DNA of 64,000 bases from Octopus vulgaris (taxonomy: Eukaryota), in NCBI GenBank assembly GCA_951406725.2, contig OX597816.1:47492001-47556000 (forward strand), in the 5' to 3' direction. Below the pieces are notes generated by a model. The model saw only the letters and a list, made by a program, of their open reading frames with translations. It made no database searches and was not told the DNA's origin. Below, piece after piece: positions 53,042-64,000 of the stretch. The position numbers and the translations under genes are program-made. Numbering within the stretch: position 1 is the first letter of the stretch; every line of letters begins with the position of its first letter.

Positions 53042-53067
53042 CCTGTCTATCTTCTATCTATCTATAC

Positions 53068-53111
<44 letters not shown>

Positions 53112-53212
53112 GCACACACACACACACACACATGGAAAAATAATGATAAAATTAAAAAGAAAATGTGCTTTTCCTTTCTATCTATTTATCTTCTATCTAT
53201 CTATCTAGTTAT

Positions 53213-53309
<97 letters not shown>

Positions 53310-53449
53310 TACATATACATGCACACACACACACACACACACATAGACACATGGAAAAATAATGATAAAATTAAAAAGAAAATGTGCTTTTCCTTTTATA
53401 TCACAGTTAATTAATTCTGAAGTATATTATTACAGTCAAATCATTTCAA

Positions 53450-55001
53450 AATACAATAACATGCACTGGAAAACAGATTATCACAATCAAATTATTTCGA
53501 AATACATTTTCATAATTACTCGTAGGAAAATTGGAAGAGATGTTTAGATGATTGTTTAGGGAAAATGTTTGGATAGACTTTCTATATTCAAGACTCTCAT
53601 AAATAATATTTACAATAACATTTACTTTACTATTTACTATGGAATACAGCAAAAATTGATTTCCCTTTTTTGACATATTAAAGAAAAACAATATAGGATT
53701 GAGACCTGTATATTATAAACCAATAGACTTGAGACAATATTTAATTTTTTACTTTGTGCCATCCAAAACAAACAAGAGTCAGAGTATCCTGCACAATCTA
53801 GCCATAAGGGTAATATGATTGTATCAAGTTCAAATAACCAAATGAAAATACTAAAGGAAGTGATTTTCTGAACAGAAGATGTTACCTGCCATTTGTAATT
53901 AACAATGCTATTTCACCTGTCACTACATTCTGAGTTCAAATTCTGCTTAGGTTGACTTTGTCTCTCATCCTGTTGGGGTCGATAAATTAAGTACCAGTGA
54001 AACACTGGGGTCCATATAATCAACTAGTCCTCTCCCCCAAAATTTCAGGCCTTGTGCCTATAGTAGAAAGGGTTATTAATTAACAATGCAGTCAAAAGAG
54101 TAAAAGCAATTAATATTAGTGATTTAATACTATGAAAAACCAAAACAGAAACAAATGTTTTACTGAGCATCTCAATTTATAACCCTAATAATACTGAGTA
54201 TTTTAATATAATTAAGCTAAAATTAGGGGAATTTTAGAAAAGCAAAAATGAATAAAGAGTAAAAAGCAGCCACATACAGGATTGAGTAAAAAGCAGCAGT
54301 AAGGAGATTTTAAATAAGTGCCCAATTATCTACCAGCATAACAGTAAACCCAACAGTTAAAAAATACCAAAGTTCAAATTATCAAATTTGTATTAATAAG
54401 TAAATTTTTGAAATTAAAAATTATTTTCCAAGCCTTTCAGAAAACTTACTCTATTTCATAATATGCTGTGGGTGTAATGATAATTATATTGGCCAAACAA
54501 GTGTGTCACTTAGAAACGCATGCTGATTCACTGATGACAAATATGAGATCAAAATATTACAAAAATTTGACTCACTGAGCATTTTGACAGATGTGCAGGA
54601 ACTTGGCAATCACATTTTAAACTTTTCCTCATATATTGATGTGCAGAACAGCAAAGGATCTATAACAAAACATTTTTTATTATAAAATATAAACCAAGTT
54701 TACCTCATTAACCAAATATTTACACCTATTTTTAATTCTCTTATTAGCATATTTTTCCTTATATTTTTGAATAGTTTTCTTTATATTTTTGAATAGTTAA
54801 GATACAAAAATTTGCATACCTACTTAATTTGGGTCTATTAACATATTAAATATTACCTTACTTATTACCTAGATAGTCTACAATAAGGCTACTTAGAGAA
54901 GACAGACTATATATTAAATGAAAGCTTGCTGCAAACCATTACTCACGTACATTATGATGAATATCTTCTGCAAAAAATGAAATTTGTTTGCGATTATGTA
55001 C
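53450..55001 (+). mobile_element. Penelope-like element relic (RT C-terminal half, linker, GIY-YIG), interrupted by SINE B at about 53915-54075
   Basis: Manual translation: NWKRCLDDC, FTMEYS..FPFFD, YYKPID..YLIF..CHP, SIYNPNN, NLLYFIICCGCNDNYIGQT, EHFDRCA; many stops. Confidence 0.75.
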
Positions 55002-55387
55002 TTTAAAATATTTAATTATGTATTTTTACAGTTATGTATTTTGGAGTGTTTAATAATGTATTTTGAAATGATTTGAATTTAAAAATGTACTTTGGAATCT
55101 GTAATCTTGAAATCATTTGGTTGTAGTAATGTATTTTGTATATGATATAATATTTTGAAATTTGTTATATGTTTTGAAATAATTTGATCGTGATAATCTG
55201 TTTTCCAATGAATATTTTTAGATTTTTAAATGCTTTGACTATAATAATGTATTTGGAATTAACTGCAACGTACAAGGAAAACCACATTTTTTTCTTTTAT
55301 AATAATTTTTCCATACACATACATGCAAGCACATATGACACATAATATATGCATGTATATATATATGTACACACACATACACACATA

Positions 55388-55812
55388 CAGGCATGGCTGT
55401 GTAGTAAAAATCTTACTTCTCAAACACATGGTTCTGGGTTCAGTCCCACTGCATAGCACCTTGGGCTAGTGTATTCTACTTTAGCCTTGGGCTGATTGAT
55501 GCCTTGTGAGTGGATTTGGTAGATGGAAACTGAACGAAGCCCATAGTATAAATATATATATATGTATATATAGTTATCTGTGTGTATCTTTGTACTTGTG
55601 TTTCCCCCCCACCTCACCACCATCACTTGACAACTGATGCTGGTGTGTTTACGTCCCTGTAACCTAGCAGCTCAGTAAAAGTGACTGGTAGAATAAATAC
55701 TAGGCTCACATAGAATAAGTATTGGGATTGATTTCTTCAACTAAAACCCTTTATGGTGGTGCTCCAGCATGGCCACAGTCAAATGACTGAAACATGTAAA
55801 GGAATAAAAGAA
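55388..55812 (+). mobile_element. SINE family A
   Basis: Consensus head and tail. Confidence 0.8.
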
Positions 55813-55833
55813 TGTATGTGCATATGTGTGTGA

Positions 55834-55883
<50 letters not shown>

Positions 55884-55885
<2 letters not shown>

Positions 55886-55986
55886 CGGGAAGCTTTATGA
55901 AAATAGACAAAAGACGAAGGCAGGTGGAAAACAAACGAACAATTGTATTAGTATGGCGCTCAGGAAATATAAATAAAACAAGTCTT

Positions 55987-55987
<1 letters not shown>
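55884..55987 (-). mobile_element. Truncated copy of the 9957-10163 repeat
   Basis: Close match to 9957-10060, inside (TA)n. Confidence 0.8.
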
Positions 55988-56017
<30 letters not shown>

Positions 56018-56020
<3 letters not shown>

Positions 56021-56433
56021 TGGAGGAGTGGCTGTGTGGTAAGTAGCTTGCTTACCAACCACATGGTTCCGGGTTCAGTCCCACTGCATGGCATCTTGAG
56101 CAAGTGTCTTCTACTATAGCCTCGGTCCGACCAAAGCCTTGTGAGTGGATTTGGTAGACGGAAACTGAAAGAAGCCCGTCATATATATGTCTATATATAT
56201 ATATGTGTGTATGTTTGTGTGTCTGTGTTTGTCCCCCTAGCATTGCTTGACAACCAATGCTGGTGTGTTTACGGCACCGTCACTTAGCAGTTCGGCAAAA
56301 GGGACTGATATAATAAGTACTGGGCTTACAAAGAATAAGTCCCGGGGTCGATTTGCTTGACTAAAGGCGGTGCTCCAGCATGGTCGCAGTCAAATGACTG
56401 AAACAAGTAAAAGAGTAAAAGAGTAAAAGAGAG
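56018..56433 (+). mobile_element. SINE family A, full length
   Basis: Consensus; tail (GTAAAAGA)x3. Confidence 0.88.
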
Positions 56434-56583
56434 AATATATTTAATTCACTCTCCAAATTATCTTAATTATCTTTTGAGTTTGTTATTCTAAGTGGCTGCA
56501 CATAACTTCCTTAGCTTCTTTTGAATCTCTTGGAATATCATACATATACATTTGTACAAACACACACACACACACACACACAC

Positions 56584-57207
56584 ATCATCATCATCATCAT
56601 CATTGGCTTCATATTATTGCCTGTTTTTCATGTCTACATTGTTTGAATGTGTTTTTAATTCAATACAGTGTCCTGTTACTTGTATCCCTTTGTAATCTCC
56701 TTTGTGAAGTTCAGCTTTCTGAGACAAGCATTTAACACTTCTGCCCATGGCTTCTTCAGTTTTCTTCTTCGGCTGGTTCTTTTCACACAAATCTTTTGGC
56801 CCTACTTCACCTACCTGTCATAACCCATATGCTTTACAAGTCCACATATCCGTAGCTTTCTCTTTTGCACACTAAAACTGATTCTTCACTTAGTTTTTCT
56901 CTCATCTCCTCCTATGCTTCTTTGTTCATGCACACTGACATTACACATCCAGCATTGCATGCTTGCTTTATTTCTTTCCAATCTTAGCACATCCTCTACA
57001 TTCAGTTGCCATGTCTCACTATAGCACAGCATTATAGTGAATAAAGACTTTGCTTGTGGCAGATGTAGAAGAGTAGCAAACTCCCAGGGCATCAATAAAA
57101 TAAATTCCTTGCAATGCTCTGAAGACTCCATAGTAGTTGATAGCTTCTGTTACCTAGGAAATCTAATTAGCAGTGGAGGAGGATGTTCTGAAATCATAGT
57201 AGCCAGA
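56584..57207. mobile_element. RTE LINE fragment with 5' inversion
   Basis: Minus strand 57036-56584: MLCYSETWQLNVEDVLRLERN..WMCN and GAT tail; plus strand 57037-57207: FACGRC..VVDSFCYLGNLISSGGG. Confidence 0.75.
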
Positions 57208-59002
57208 CATTTCTATATATATGGACAGTTACATTCATTTTTACTCAGTAAGAAGCTAACTACATGAAATGCAGATATAGTGAAATTACCATAGTAACTA
57301 ATTGCTTTTGATGTGCATGTCACTGAAACGGAGAGAGTGTGAAAGGGAGAGAAAGAGAGAGCTGGCGACACCGTACTAATTATATTAGTAGATCATATAT
57401 TGGGATCAATTCAAGTGTCTAAAACACTCACATACAAATATATTGCTCTGTTTCAATATAAGCAATAGATAATTTATCATTAACACCTAATATTTTACAC
57501 AGCATGTCTGATAGTTAGTTTACCATGCCTGACCACTTTGTCTTTTCACCTATGATAATTTCTCCTCTCTCCAATTTATTATTGGAAGAAAGAATTATTT
57601 TTTCTTACAGAAATCAATTTTAATATGATTCAGCAACTGATACAAATTCAATTTCTCATTCACCTGTCTAGTCACACAGAAAATCCCAAATACAGTTTCT
57701 AATTTTCATTACAAATATCCTTCATGACATTTTATTCAATAACATTACAAATAACAGTTATTTTCAGAAAGTTCATGAAATATATATGTTACAAAAAAAA
57801 AAACAAAACAAAACTTTTTGAAGAAAAGAAAAAAAAACAAAGAAAGAAAGAAAAAAGGATAATTCAAATTTTAAAAATATTTTATCTGAATACTTCATGT
57901 TTGAAGAAAGCATGCTGAGTTTGATTAACAAAATTAAAAAATTAATATATTTTTGTGTTCTTTTTAGAAATATTTTTTCAATTACATACGCACATACATA
58001 AATACATAAATACTGATATATATATATATACTTACATACATACATACATGCATGCATGCATACAAACATAATACATACATACATACATACATATATGCAC
58101 ACATACATATAGATACATTCATAATACATGCATACCCACACACACACATGTATATAAATTAGTTGTCTAAGCCATAATTAATTTCTTAAGTAAACAAAAA
58201 AAAAATTAAATAAACTAAAGATGAAAATAAAAAATGATATTTGTATTTCAGTTATGTTTATTTCTGTTTTGTTTCTTATTAAAATGAAACAGGTTTTCTA
58301 CAAAATATTTTGGTGCCAACACTAACAACACCAATAGCAAACCAGAATATTTTTTGTCAACTCTGTAATGAGCTTGACTAGGAGCTATGCATAGTTTTGT
58401 CACGAAAAGCTATAATCAACCTGTTTATTATTGTGTGAAAAAATATTGAAAAAAAAAAAAAAATCTCATCTCAGCATGGGGTGAACTTTCCTATTCCCAA
58501 GTGTATGTGACAGAAGCTTTCAAACCAAGACATGAAGAAACTGTTAAGAGGAAGAAAGAAATTAGAAAGACCGAAAGAGAGAAAGAGAGCGCATGACCTT
58601 TTCAATTAAGAGTAATGAAAATAATTTTTAGCAATTTGAGGAACACAAACATATTCTTTGACAAGTTGGTCCTCTAATAATACCTGATAATTATAGTTAT
58701 GGCAAATTACAAAAATCAATAATAAACCTAAACAACAAACCACATGCATCTGAATAATAAAAAAAAAATAGTTAAGTTCCTGTGATTTAAGCAATAAAAT
58801 CATATAATCATGATGCAAAATTAATACCATTGTCCTTTCTCAGAATATCATGCACATAGAATAATATTCCAATTTTGAATGAATGGCAGACACTTTTAAA
58901 AAAAAAATTCTTCAAATTGTATTTTTAGCATTCTTTCACACGTTTCTAATTAAGATAGGAACTAACTACTGATTCATGTGTTTGTTTTACATTAATAATT
59001 TG

Positions 59003-59046
<44 letters not shown>

Positions 59047-59049
59047 ATG

Positions 59050-59113
<64 letters not shown>

Positions 59114-59133
59114 GTATATATATGTATGTATAT

Positions 59134-59190
<57 letters not shown>

Positions 59191-59685
59191 TAAGAATACA
59201 TACATTCATATTATACACATATATATATACATGTATATGTATGAGTGTTCTTTTTCTGTTTTTAATTTAGAGTTAATTTTGACCAACCACATGCTTGACA
59301 GCAAGTTTGTGAAGAAAAAGCATCTTGTTTTGTTCATCATCCTTTATAATCTTAACAACATCTTGCAGATTTTTATAGCACCAGGCATTGCAACCATTTG
59401 TCGTATATGAATTAAGGAGTTGTGTTCTCTCCCCAACATCCTAAGTTCAACCATATTTTACTACTGATGGATTGGTGTGTATCCTGTTGCTCCAATAGCA
59501 ACAGATATGAGGCTGAGAGAGTATCTTGGGGATTGAATTTGCAAACAGCTTATCAATGGTTCATAGATGTCCTCTTTCTCCTTTATTTTTCTACTTTGGT
59601 GTCCAAGGGAGCAGCTGATTTCTATAACAGGCCATATCTTTTGCTTGTGGTCCCACACAACAATATCTGGCTGACTGTGTTTCAA

Positions 59686-59887
59686 CCCTTTTATTACTGT
59701 ATTTTTTTCCAATTAATTTTAAAAATAACAAAGAATTTCGTAAAATAACTTAGCTATCATTAAGCTAGTGTTAGGAATATAAATTGTAACTAAAGTTTGG
59801 TGGAAGATTTTAATTTGAAACTTATTAAAACAAAACATTTGTACTACAGAGCCAGAGGCGGTTTCAGTCAGGCTTATATCGAAAGGG
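59686..59887. mobile_element. piggyBac-type MITE, second copy (opposite orientation)
   Basis: CCCTTTTATTAC..GAAAGGG flanked by TCAA/TTAA; body matches 16381-16601. Confidence 0.8.
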
Positions 59888-59891
59888 TTAA

Positions 59892-60043
59892 TGTACATTA
59901 TTTACATTATTTACAATTGACGGATATTTGTCCTCATCTTGTTTGTTGTTAACACAACGCTTCGGCTGATATACCCTCCTGCCTTCATCTGGTGTATTGG
60001 GGAAATTTTGAACCTGGATTCTCATTCCTGAGGTATTTTTCAA

Positions 60044-60081
<38 letters not shown>

Positions 60082-60150
60082 TCACTGCCTGGAATTGAAC
60101 TCAGAATTTTGGAGTTAGTAGCTTGTGCTCTTAACCACTATGCCATATGC
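59892..60150 (-). mobile_element. tRNA-headed SINE family E with hammerhead-like tail
   Basis: Head GCATATGGCATAGTGGTTAAGAGC..GAGTTCAATTCC, internal (TAA)n, hammerhead-like 59995-59952, terminal (AAATAATGT)x2. Confidence 0.75.
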
Positions 60151-61514
60151 TCTTTTAATTTTTCAGTTCCACTAATATTCTTTTTATCTATCAGTCTCAA
60201 TATAGTCAACATTATCCATGTGTATGCTTTTTTTTGTGTCATCTTGCTCCTGACCATTCTAGCTCCTGTATTATGGCTCATGGGAAGATAATATCAGGAA
60301 GACATTCTCTTGCAGTTAGCAGCAATGTGGTTGATGTCATCAGTCTTGGATTTGCACAGCTTACCTTTGTTGACTGCCAATGTTTTTCTGCATTTCATGC
60401 TGCAGGTACCTGGTAGGGATCTCTTGTTCTTGAATTGGGAGTAGCCTTCAAAGTGATATGTTACAAGCTTGTTGGTGATCAGTTCCTTCTATGGTTTACG
60501 TTTTTTTTGTGTCAGGTACCCATGGACTATCTTCTCAGTGAATTGGCCCCTGTTTTATACTTTGTTCTTTTGACAAACAGAATTTACCAATGATCTTTGG
60601 GGGAGAGATCTGTATCAATTTTTATTTCTTACCTCTCCTCAAGTTCATTGGCTATCCTAATTATGCTGTTGTTTCCATGGTTACAAACTTATGCAAGAGA
60701 GTTACTATTAGTCTCTTTCCTCTGCTGAAGATGTTGCTTCAGAGTCACAATATGTGCTTAGTTATGAAATCAATTCAGATTCGAGACTGTGGCCACTCTC
60801 CTTGTGTAGGAAGTGTAGCATTATCTACATCTCCATTGATATTGAAGTTTCCAGAAACACTGAGCAGCTTGCAAGTTTGAACATCTATATTCCTTTACAT
60901 ATGTATTACTGTGTCTACATCGGTGAGATGGGTTACCAAAATTATTATCTTACTTCTGTACTGTGCTATTTAATTATAAAGTTTGTTGTTTAAGGCGCCA
61001 GGAAGACTAACAACACTGTTTCCTATCTTAAATTCAGTTGTTTTAATCTTTTTCACCTTTCATTATTTGTTTGAGGGTTTATTTTCAAATTGATTCAAGC
61101 AATGTGAAAATAATGAATACATAATTCACTTTTCATAGAATACTTCATTGATGAAAATACAATGAATGCAAAAGCTAAATATTGTAAGAACAATACTCTT
61201 CACTCTTCTAATTACTATAATACTTGTTTGATACTTGTCTCTTTTGCTGATGGCAAAAAGGTAAAATTTTAAATTTACATTGTTTGTCCATTTTAAAATG
61301 CTTCCTTTAATATGCAATATATTCAGTTTAAAAGCAAAAACAAAGAATTTTTGAAAAAATTAGGAAGTTAATTTACATTACCTCTATTTTCATTTTCATT
61401 TCAGGTGGTTTTCAGTTGGATAAATTATTGAAATAAATTAGTGAAATAAATTATTGAAATAAATAATCTGCAAACTCAGTATATACATTTTACAATACTT
61501 ATGTTTACTTAGAT

Positions 61515-61809
61515 CAGTGATCCTCAAACTTTTATGCACCAAGGACTGGTTTCATGCAAGACAGATTTTTCATGGACCAGGGGGATCATGTGCATAACAA
61601 AACACAATGAAGAACATAATATAAAATTTAATTATTACTTATATAATACATATATATTACATACATAATGCATATATAATGTAAAAATTCCATGGAAACT
61701 GAAATAGTCAATAAAACAGAAAAAGAATTTCAAAATTTATTCTTTCTGTGTGGCCCAGTAATGACCTACAGACTGGTATTGGTCTATGGCCCAGGAGGTG
61801 AAATTCCTT
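61515..61809. mobile_element. hAT/Charlie-type MITE, decayed
   Basis: CAGTGATCCTCAAACTTTT..CACCAAGGACTGGTTTCATG..TTTTTCATGGAC and ACTGGTATTGGTCTATGGCCCAGGAGGT resemble MER1-type hAT termini. Confidence 0.65.
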
Positions 61810-62409
61810 GGTTGAGATGAATTTTCCATTAGCATTGTTCCTTGTCAATGTTCTATATTCATTATCATGATGTCCATTTCTGTGGTTAAATTTTCTATGA
61901 TCTGTAAATATTCTCAGTTGGATCACTAACTCTGCTAATAATCATCTATGTATGAACACTTAAGTCAAATAATTCAAGATGCACCTGCTTAAAACTTTGT
62001 CCTTGACTCTTATTTATTGACCTAACAAAAACAGGCCTTATGGAAATTGCAATCTTTTTAGTGGGAATGGTAAATCAGTGTTAGAAAGTTCAAGAGACAT
62101 CTTGAGGATCCTCGACATCCTTCTCTTATCTAGCATATGCAAATTCAACATCAACATTGTTTTAGCAGCTTCTTTTCTATACTTGCATGGATCAGATGGA
62201 ATTCGTTGTGGTGAATTTTCTTATAACATGATGCATTTCCTGTCACCAGCCTTCACCTGTTCCCAAGCAAGGTAATATTTCCCCATGGTCAGACATGTTT
62301 TCACAGAAGATTGGACATGAAAGACACCACCTGCAAGACAGTAATGCTCACTTACAACTATCACATGATGTCAAGACAAGACAAAGAGACAGTCTCACAC
62401 ACACACACA

Positions 62410-62461
<52 letters not shown>

Positions 62462-62949
62462 CAGGCTTCTTTTTGTTTCCATCAACCAAATCCATTCACA
62501 AGCCCATTCACTGGGCTATAGTAGAAAATACTTGTCCAAGGTGTCGTGAAGTCGACTAAACTTGAAACCATGTGGTTGTGAAAGAAACTCCTCACCATAC
62601 AGACACATCTGCACCAATAATTCAATGAAAATATTGATTAAATTCACATTTTTGCTGGCAGTAAGTCTGAAGAGTCATTAGAATGTTGGACAGAATGTCT
62701 TGCAGTATCTATTCCAACTCTTGGTCATCTGAGTTCAAATCCAGCGAAGGCACCAATAAAAAATTACCAATAACTGAATGATGGATTGGCAGAACTGAAA
62801 GAATGATAAACCACATGCCTCATAGTGTTTGTTCTGTTTCTTTGTGCCCAGAATTCAACTTAATCCTTTTTCCAGGCAAACACCACCACCTAACAGCTAA
62901 AGAAAAGAAAAAGGTTACCTTCTCAAGTCATATCAATTGATAAAGGCCA

Positions 62950-63158
62950 GTTTCTCAGTTTCTAAGCTTTACAAATTCCCCACCTGGATAAGACGCTGGT
63001 CTGTCACAGGATTACTCATTTTTGCCAGTTGAGTGGACTGGAGCAACGCAAAATGAAGTGTTTTGCTCAAGAACACAATGCATTACCCAGTTCAGATATC
63101 GAAATCACAATCTTACAATCACGAGTCCAACACTCTAACCACTAAGCTACATGCCTCC
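62950..63158 (-). mobile_element. SINE family D
   Basis: GGAGGCATGTAGCTTAGTGGTTAGAG head and GTTCTTGAGCAAAACAC domain on the minus strand. Confidence 0.75.
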
Positions 63159-63719
63159 ACTACCTGACAGCTAAGGTACCAGGTGGTACTGTTTTGGGCA
63201 TTGTCTTCCCTTCTCTCTATGAACATGTAGTTAGAATGCCACAGGAAAGTATCACAAGACAGTTTCTTCATGCTAAGTCAGCAGACAGCAGACCTAGGGG
63301 TAGTCTAAGTATGAGAAGGTTGTAGTTTCAGTTGGCCATGCTTGGGAATCCAGCCAGAAAGTATAATGACTGTTGCTTCTGTTAGGACCTTATGGAGGAG
63401 GTAGTGGAGGTGCGTGGCTTAGTGGTTAGGGTGTTGGACTTGTGATCATAAGATTGTAATTTCGATTCCTGGACTGGGCCATGCATTGTGTTCTTGAGCA
63501 ATCTAAGTTGTTGCGATGGACTGGACCCAATGCACTCTTGGAGTGGTTGGCATTAGGAAGGGCACCTAGCTGTAGAAATTAAGTCAAATCAAACTAGAAC
63601 CTGGTACAGATCTCTCTCTGGTTTACTAGTTCCAGCCAAACTGTCTTACCCATGCCAGCATGGAAAGTAGATGCTAAATGATGATGAGGATGATGATGAA
63701 CATGTGATAGATGGACAGA

Positions 63720-64000
63720 TAGGAGTGGCTGTGTGGTAAGTAGCTTGCTTACCAACCACATGGTTCTAGGTTCAGTCCCACTGCATGGCACCTTGGGCAA
63801 GTGTCTTCTACTAAAGCCTTGGGCTGACCAAAGCCTTGTGAGTGGATTTGGTAGACGGAAACTGAAAGAAGCCCATCGTATATATATCTCTCTCTATATA
63901 TATATGTATGTTTGTGTATATGTTTGTGTGTCTGTGTTTGTCCCGCCAACATTGCTTGACAACCAATGCTGGTGTGTTTACATTCCTGTAACTTAGCGGT
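63720..64000 (+). mobile_element. SINE family A, runs off the window
   Basis: Consensus head and body. Confidence 0.85.

Larger units (their letters stand above)
59260..60800 (-). mobile_element. R4/Dong-like non-LTR retrotransposon 3' relic (zinc knuckle plus restriction-like endonuclease)
   Basis: [67 protein letters not shown]; split by a MITE and a SINE. Confidence 0.8.

Noticed and set aside
53100-53400. Direct repeat of about 50 bp (CATGGAAAAATAATGATAAAATT..) as TSD or LTR
   Set aside because: Both copies follow CA tracts; simple microsatellite-mediated local duplication or assembly stutter

Overview
AT-rich, repeat-saturated animal genomic DNA, most likely a coleoid cephalopod (Octopus-like). 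This is inferred from the tRNA-derived SINE families and microsatellite density; no search was run. No intact protein-coding gene, rRNA, true tRNA gene or CRISPR array can be supported, and nearly every ORF in the track is a translated microsatellite or SINE. The window holds dozens of SINE copies from at least four families, and decayed LINE fragments (RTE, CR1-like, L1/Tx1-like, R4/Dong-like). It also holds two Penelope-like (GIY-YIG) relics, three mariner elements, two piggyBac-type MITEs, three non-autonomous Helitrons, a hAT MITE, a 2.1-kb foldback element and two 17-bp minisatellites. Three signals stand out. (1) Recurrent minimal type-I hammerhead-ribozyme-like motifs occur in several different short repeat families, including the tail of a tRNA-headed SINE, near Penelope-like relics. 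(2) An old, TE-shattered duplication has a candidate minus-strand first exon as its best-conserved part. (3) An L1/Tx1-like LINE shares its 3' tail with a SINE family. Coordinates of decayed elements are approximate and family labels A-E are my own.
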